Shown: piece by piece, positions 8,368 through 12,590 of the stretch
Layout of the letters: every line of letters begins with the position of its first letter
Position numbering within the stretch: position 1 is the first letter of the stretch
Source: Candidatus Aenigmatarchaeota archaeon
GTDB taxonomy: Archaea > Aenigmatarchaeota > Aenigmatarchaeia > QMZP01
DNA length: 12,590 nt
Reading direction: 5' to 3'
NCBI GenBank assembly: GCA_038999435.1
Contig: JAVZYR010000017.1
Coordinates: 1-12,590, forward strand
Made by a program: the position numbers and the translations under genes
The notes under the pieces: generated by a model
The model's input: the letters and a program-made list of their open reading frames with translations, nothing else
The model's database searches: none
What the model was told of the DNA's origin: nothing

Positions 8368-8960
8368 TATTTAACTTCTAATTGAAAGTATCGTACAGTA
8401 CCGCCCCACATGTTATCAGCACCTGGTTTGCATGTCTCCCATGTGAGTGCTTGGCCAACTATTTTATCATAACATGCTGTTATCCTAAGTGTATAGATTC
8501 CTGGTATAGCACCACTTGGAAGGTTTATATAGATTGGAATGGGGTTGTCTATATTTTTAAACATGGGTGCAATAGGTGTTGGTACTTTAACCCAATCTAT
8601 CCAGCTTTGAACAGTAGCACTAGTCACCCCTGTTGGTTGTTGAACGACATCAACATTTATAACAAAATTATGTTGTTTACGGTCTTCTGCATCATTTAAA
8701 ATTCCAACACCAATAAATAACTTTTTGCCTGAGGTTGTAGTATAGCTTTTTGGTGATATATCGAAATTTCCGGATGCTCCGGTTTGAAATGACTCTGTTA
8801 AATCTGAGAGGGCAGTTTGTCGCATTTGTCCTGTGAGATCCTCTATTCCTGTAAACATCCCTCGCAACCAGCTCAGAACAAGGCTCAGCATTACAACTGC
8901 AATCACTATCACAACAATAAAACCAATAGACATCTCTACTGCACCACGTAATTGTGCCAT
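8367..8960 (-). CDS. Type IV pilin-like protein (197 aa), candidate major pilin
   Basis: MAQLRG|AVEMSIGFIVVIVIAVVMLSLVLSWL: RG|A class III motif, beta-rich C-terminal domain with one Cys pair, and its own TATA box upstream. Confidence 0.85.
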   Translation of the reverse strand: MAQLRGAVEMSIGFIVVIVIAVVMLSLVLSWLRGMFTGIEDLTGQMRQTALSDLTESFQTGASGNFDISPKSYTTTSGKKLFIGVGILNDAEDRKQHNFVINVDVVQQPTGVTSATVQSWIDWVKVPTPIAPMFKNIDNPIPIYINLPSGAIPGIYTLRITACYDKIVGQALTWETCKPGADNMWGGTVRYFQLEVK

Positions 8961-8979
8961 AATAATAATTTTCTGAAGT

Positions 8980-8987
8980 TATTTAAA
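8980..8987 (-). promoter_or_regulatory. Putative TATA box for the 197-aa pilin gene
   Basis: The minus strand has TTTAAATA 20-27 nt upstream of ATG 8960, preceded by cgaaaaattgata (purine-rich, BRE-like). Confidence 0.6.
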
Positions 8988-8993
8988 TATCAA

Positions 8994-9094
8994 TTTTTCG
9001 TTAACGTTTTTCTTTTCTAAAGAAAAAGGTTATGATAAATCAATTGTAGTTTCTTTTTCGTTAACGTTTTTCTTTTCTAAAGAAAAAGGTTATG
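8994..9094. repeat. Tandem pair of the same 60-bp-period repeat family (locus B)
   Basis: tttttcgttaacgtttttcttttctaaagaaaaaggttatg (41 bp) is exact at 8994-9034 and 9054-9094. The second copy is preceded by aattgtagtttc as in locus A. Hairpin tttttcttt-tct-aaagaaaaa. Confidence 0.95.
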
Positions 9095-9422
9095 GCCAGC
9101 TCCACTTAGCTGTGCTTGTTGCCCTTGTGCTGAAAAGCGTGATGTTGACATTTAAATTCGAACAATCTCCATCCTGTCGAATTTGAAAATACATGCTTGG
9201 TATTTCCTGTCTGGCAAGCCATGCACCAAGTTGTGCCAATTTTTTGTCATTGCATGCAGAAAATGTCTGATTGTAGAGCCTCTTGATCTGAAGCATATAG
9301 TAGCCCTCATCCCTTGTAAATGGCTGAGAAAGGTCGAGGGTAGATTGTGTGATGTATGTATAGATTGAAAATATGAAACCGCATATCAGAATCATTGTGA
9401 GCAGAAACATCTGACCTTTCAT
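9090..9422 (-). CDS. Small type IV pilin-like protein (110 aa)
   Basis: MKG|QMFLLTMILICGFIFSIYTYI class III signal; ATGA overlap with the aspS stop. Confidence 0.83.
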   Translation of the reverse strand: MKGQMFLLTMILICGFIFSIYTYITQSTLDLSQPFTRDEGYYMLQIKRLYNQTFSACNDKKLAQLGAWLARQEIPSMYFQIRQDGDCSNLNVNITLFSTRATSTAKWSWP

Positions 9423-10717
9423 GGCACTAATTTCTCAGGTGTTCTTGGGAATAATATTGCCTCCTTAATATTTTCAAGCCCTATGATCTGTTGCACAAAT
9501 CTGTCTGCTCCAAGCCCAAAACCGCCATGTGGAGGCATACCAAACCTAAATGCCTCAAGATAGAATGTGAAGCTTTCTGGGTTTAGCCCTTTTTCCTTCA
9601 TCACAGCCACAAGCTTTTCATATCTATGTTCTCTTTGCCCACCTGACGCCAACTCCATACCCCTATAATCAAGGTCAAATCCCCTGCTATACTTTCCTTC
9701 CATCATGATATAGAATGGCTTAAGCTTGGCAGGATATCTCTTTATGAAATACCATTCAGTGCCTTTTTTTGCAAGCATCTCTCCGAGCATCTTTTCTTGT
9801 GGGTCAGAGAGGTCATCGCCCCATTCTATCTTTTCCCCTGCCTTTTGTAGCATGCCAATCACATCATCGTATGTAAACCTTTTGAATGGCAACTCAGGTA
9901 TATTCAATTTTCTTTCAAACATACCAAGCTCAACTTTGCATGCCTTTTTTATCCCTTTAAGTGTGTGCACAATCATTTGTTCAATAACACTTAGCACATC
10001 TTCCTCAGATTCTATCCAAGCTATCTCTGCATCGACAGAAAGGAATTCAGAAACATGTCTCCTTGTGTGAAATAGCTCAGCACGGAATGCAGGACCTATC
10101 TCATACACCTTGTCAAGTGTTGATGCCATGAGTATCTGTTTATAGAGTTGAGGTGATTGGCGCAGAAATGCCTCTTTTTCATAGTATATGATTGGAAATA
10201 TCGTTGCACCACCTTCTGCACCTGCTGCCTGTATGACAGGTGTTTGTACCTCAACAAAGTCATTGTCCTCAAACCATTCTCGCATAAATGCCAGTGCCTT
10301 ATCCCTTATCCTGAATATTGCCTGTATTTTCGGATTTCTCATATCAAGGAATCTGTAATCAAACCTCTTTTCAATTCCAGTTGCAATCTTATCTGTCAGT
10401 TCAATGGGAAGTGGCACAGCTGCCTTTGATACAATCTCTATCCTTTCAGGTATGACCTCGAGCCCGCCAGGTGCCTGTGTTGACTTCACAACCTTTCCCT
10501 CAACCTCAACGCAGTCCTGCCTAGTCAGCTTCCCTATTGCATTTACAATCTCTGGCTTAGCCACACCTTTCTTTGCAGTTATCTGAATCATGCCTTCCCT
10601 GTCGCGCAAGAGGAAAAATTTTATATTCCCAAGGTCTCTTATAAGCCATACCCATCCTTTGAGCAGAACATGTTGTCCTGCTGCTATCTCATGGCTATAA
10701 CTCCTTTTGATTGCCAT
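9419..10717 (-). CDS. aspS: Archaeal-type aspartyl-tRNA synthetase (probably aspartate--tRNA(Asp/Asn) ligase)
   Basis: N-terminal OB domain (GWVWLIRDLG..KF..LRDREG..Q), AEGGA, RQSPQLYKQ, motif 2 GPAFRAE..T.RH.SEF, SGGQREH, motif 3 GMPPHGGFGLG.DR. ATG 10717 is preferred over the track's TTG 10750. Confidence 0.96.
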   Translation of the reverse strand: MAIKRSYSHEIAAGQHVLLKGWVWLIRDLGNIKFFLLRDREGMIQITAKKGVAKPEIVNAIGKLTRQDCVEVEGKVVKSTQAPGGLEVIPERIEIVSKAAVPLPIELTDKIATGIEKRFDYRFLDMRNPKIQAIFRIRDKALAFMREWFEDNDFVEVQTPVIQAAGAEGGATIFPIIYYEKEAFLRQSPQLYKQILMASTLDKVYEIGPAFRAELFHTRRHVSEFLSVDAEIAWIESEEDVLSVIEQMIVHTLKGIKKACKVELGMFERKLNIPELPFKRFTYDDVIGMLQKAGEKIEWGDDLSDPQEKMLGEMLAKKGTEWYFIKRYPAKLKPFYIMMEGKYSRGFDLDYRGMELASGGQREHRYEKLVAVMKEKGLNPESFTFYLEAFRFGMPPHGGFGLGADRFVQQIIGLENIKEAILFPRTPEKLVP

Positions 10718-10780
10718 AAAAATTATTTGGCAGACAAAATAAAAAATCAAGCATTTAAATTAGTTAAACATTTTTAACAT
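10718..10780. promoter_or_regulatory. 63-bp AT-rich divergent promoter region (aspS / rpa3)
   Basis: Palindromic ATTTAAAT at 10753-10760 lies 21-28 nt upstream of ATG 10781, with an A-rich BRE-like stretch upstream. Divergent starts flank both sides. Confidence 0.6.
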
Positions 10781-11095
10781 ATGGAGTTTCAAAGAAGGCT
10801 TCCTGCAGTATACAGACAGATTGATAGTATAAGACAGAATGATATAAGGGTTTGCATTCTTGGCATGGTCGTTGATGCAAAGGCAGGCCGACTTGTGTTA
10901 GATGATGGGAGTGGAAAGGTGATTGTGAGCAGTGAAGAGGAAATAAATATCGGCTCGCGTGTAAGGATTTTTGGTCGTGTAATACCTACAGATGAAGGTG
11001 TTGAGATTTCAGCAGAGCTCATACAGAATATCGAAGGCCTTGATATCGAGCTTTGGAAAAAGGCCAAAGAAATGGAGGTGAGATTGGGTGTTTAG
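10781..11095 (+). CDS. rpa3: Replication protein A small subunit (RPA14/Rpa3-like single OB fold)
   Basis: RRLPAV.R.I..I...DIRV.ILG.VVD....LVLDDGSG...G.RVRIFGR......ISAELIQ....DIEL matches my recollection of Thermococcales RPA14; adjacent to PCNA. Confidence 0.8.
   Translation: MEFQRRLPAVYRQIDSIRQNDIRVCILGMVVDAKAGRLVLDDGSGKVIVSSEEEINIGSRVRIFGRVIPTDEGVEISAELIQNIEGLDIELWKKAKEMEVRLGV
11074..11081 (+). promoter_or_regulatory. Shine-Dalgarno GGAGGTGA for pcn
   Basis: GGAGGTGA 6 nt upstream of GTG 11088. Confidence 0.75.
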
Positions 11096-11831
11096 GGCAG
11101 TTTTGTCAGAAACAGAGCTGTTGAGGAGTACGATACCAATCATAGCAGAGATTATAGATGAGGCAATACTGAAATTTGACAGCAATGGCCTCTCGATATG
11201 CGCACCAGATAGAACAATGGTTGCAGTTGTTGATTTCAGACTTCTATCATCAGCCTTTGAGGAATGGAAGGTTGACACACCAACTGAGATTGGGCTGAAT
11301 ATGGAAAATTTGGCAACAGTGCTAAAGAGGGCAAAAGTGGGTGACAAGATCGTTCTTGAGATGAGCAAGGCAAAGTTTAAGATAAGGTTTGAGGGAACAT
11401 CTGTACGCATTTTTGAACTTCCAATCATTGATGTACGGCTTGAGAATCCTCCTGTTGACCAATTAAAATTTTCAGGAAAGGTTGAACTTAGCTCGTCAGT
11501 ACTTGAAGAGGGCATAGCCGATGCTGATGTTGTGTCCGATTCGATATTTTTCGAGGCTGAGAATGATGAATTCAGAATGGCTGCAAGAGGTGATATAAGT
11601 ACAACACAGCTTGAACTAAAAACAGGTCAGCCAAACCTGCTTTCTATACAGACAAAAGGGCATATAAGGGCACAGTATGCTCTCGATTATCTGAAAAAGA
11701 TGATAAAGGTTGCAAGGCTCTGTCCACAGGCAACGCTGGAGTTTGGTCAGGACTATCCAATGAGATTAGCATTTTCTATTCTTGACAAGATGTCTCTAAG
11801 TTTTATTCTCGCACCTCGCATCTCAGAATGA
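11088..11831 (+). CDS. pcn: DNA polymerase sliding clamp (PCNA)
   Basis: 247 aa with IIDEA.LKFD..GLSI.A.D...VA.VD, Y.LDYLKKMIK, FGQDYPMRLAF and the C-terminal FILAPRI typical of PCNA. Confidence 0.96.
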   Translation: MFRAVLSETELLRSTIPIIAEIIDEAILKFDSNGLSICAPDRTMVAVVDFRLLSSAFEEWKVDTPTEIGLNMENLATVLKRAKVGDKIVLEMSKAKFKIRFEGTSVRIFELPIIDVRLENPPVDQLKFSGKVELSSSVLEEGIADADVVSDSIFFEAENDEFRMAARGDISTTQLELKTGQPNLLSIQTKGHIRAQYALDYLKKMIKVARLCPQATLEFGQDYPMRLAFSILDKMSLSFILAPRISE

Positions 11832-12445
11832 GGCTTTTGTATGTTCTAAAAAGATATGCAGGCAAAATAGAGATTGGACAGCCTTTCAAAACGCTGATCA
11901 AATGCATAATATCTCAGAGAACAAGAGAGGAGACGACAGAAAAGGCAGCAAAGAGGCTTTTTGCTATTGCATCAAGCCCATCTGAGATTGCAAGGCTTGA
12001 TGTCAAAAGAATAGAAAAAGCAATAAAGCCGTGCGGTTTTTACAAACAAAAGGCAAAAAGGATAAAAGAGATTGCAAGGATTATTGCCAAACGATATGGC
12101 GGGCATGTTCCAAAGGATAGAAAGACCCTTCTCTCATTGCCTGGGGTTGGATGGAAGACATCTGCTGTTGTGCTTGCATATGGCCATGGCATACCTATAA
12201 TTGCAGTTGATACACACACAGCAAGGATTGCAAAAAGGCTTGGTTTAGCTGAAAGCAATGCTGGTGTTGAAGAGGTGAGAAAGGCGCTTGAGGTGAGATT
12301 CAAAAAGAGTGATTGGAAATGGGTAAACATTGGCATGGTCAATTTTGGCCGGGCTGTATGTCTTCCGAGAAGGCCAAAATGCCAGGCATGTCCTTTAAGA
12401 AGTATTTGCAAATTTTATAATGATAGACGTACACTGCCATCTTGA
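11828..12445 (+). CDS. nth: Endonuclease III (HhH-GPD DNA glycosylase/AP lyase with 4Fe-4S cluster)
   Basis: PF..LI..IISQRT, GFY..KA, HhH LPGVGWKT with catalytic Lys, AVDTH with catalytic Asp, and C-X6-C-X2-C-X5-C (CLPRRPKCQACPLRSIC). ATGA overlap with pcn. Confidence 0.95.
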   Translation: MRLLYVLKRYAGKIEIGQPFKTLIKCIISQRTREETTEKAAKRLFAIASSPSEIARLDVKRIEKAIKPCGFYKQKAKRIKEIARIIAKRYGGHVPKDRKTLLSLPGVGWKTSAVVLAYGHGIPIIAVDTHTARIAKRLGLAESNAGVEEVRKALEVRFKKSDWKWVNIGMVNFGRAVCLPRRPKCQACPLRSICKFYNDRRTLPS

Positions 12446-12590
12446 GCAGCATGACTATGACAAGGATAGAGATGAGGTTATATCTAAATGTAAAAAGGCA
12501 GGTCTGGCTGCTATTATCACATGCTGCGCACATCCAAGCGATTTTGATTTGAGCATCGAGCTTGTAAAAAAATATCGCGGTTTTATTTTT
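12420..12590 (+). CDS. tatD: TatD-family metal-dependent nuclease/hydrolase (5' part only)
   Basis: Manual translation from ATG 12420 gives MIDVHCHLEQHDYDKDRDEVISKCKKAGLAAIITCCAHPSDFDLSIELVKKYRGFIF, open to the window end. The D-x-H-C-H-L metal motif and D.D.DEVI..C...G are typical of TatD. Overlaps nth by 26 nt; absent from the ORF track. Confidence 0.9.
   Translation, partial: MIDVHCHLEQHDYDKDRDEVISKCKKAGLAAIITCCAHPSDFDLSIELVKKYRGFIF

Noticed and set aside
6214..9094. CRISPR mini-arrays at 6214-6321 and 8994-9094
   Set aside because: Only two copies per locus, linkers of 12-19 bp that resemble each other, repeats of 41-48 bp, and no cas genes in the window.
4844..10586. Plus-strand ORFs opposite the pilin cluster and aspS, plus small off-frame minus ORFs (5868-6050, 6095-6292, 6306-6536, 7050-7244)
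   Set aside because: They lie within or across better-supported genes and show no recognisable motifs.
9419..10717. Asparaginyl- or lysyl-tRNA synthetase identity
   Set aside because: QSPQLYKQ and SGGQREH are AspRS-type signatures.
10718..10750. 11-aa N-terminal extension of AspRS from TTG 10750
   Set aside because: It lies in the AT-rich promoter gap; ATG 10717 (MAIKRSYS) matches the usual archaeal AspRS start.
10789..12533. Minus-strand ORFs 10789-11067, 11009-11515, 12040-12411 and 12339-12533
   Set aside because: Antisense shadows of rpa3, pcn, nth and tatD.

Overview
Archaeal DNA, most consistent with a DPANN-type organism (archaeal AspRS, PCNA and RPA small subunit; GGAGGTGA-type RBS; TATA promoters; many short-leader prepilins). 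Positions 1-9422 on the minus strand are a surface-appendage cluster: seven membrane-anchored genes, five with clear class III (type IV pilin) signal peptides, followed by a >1253-aa secreted Cys-rich protein (3760 to <1) that the ORF track misses. That protein has four knot+beta modules and a coiled-coil/hydrophobic-hairpin region. The cluster starts directly after aspS (9419-10717). Divergent from aspS is an overlapping rpa3-pcn-nth-tatD run; tatD is partial and also absent from the ORF track. The most unusual signal is a 60-bp-period repeat present as a tandem pair at two loci (6214-6321, 8994-9094). Its three 9-nt tracts co-vary between loci as an intramolecular triple helix would require, it begins at a stop codon both times, and at one locus it appears to lie in frame inside a cleavable prepilin leader.
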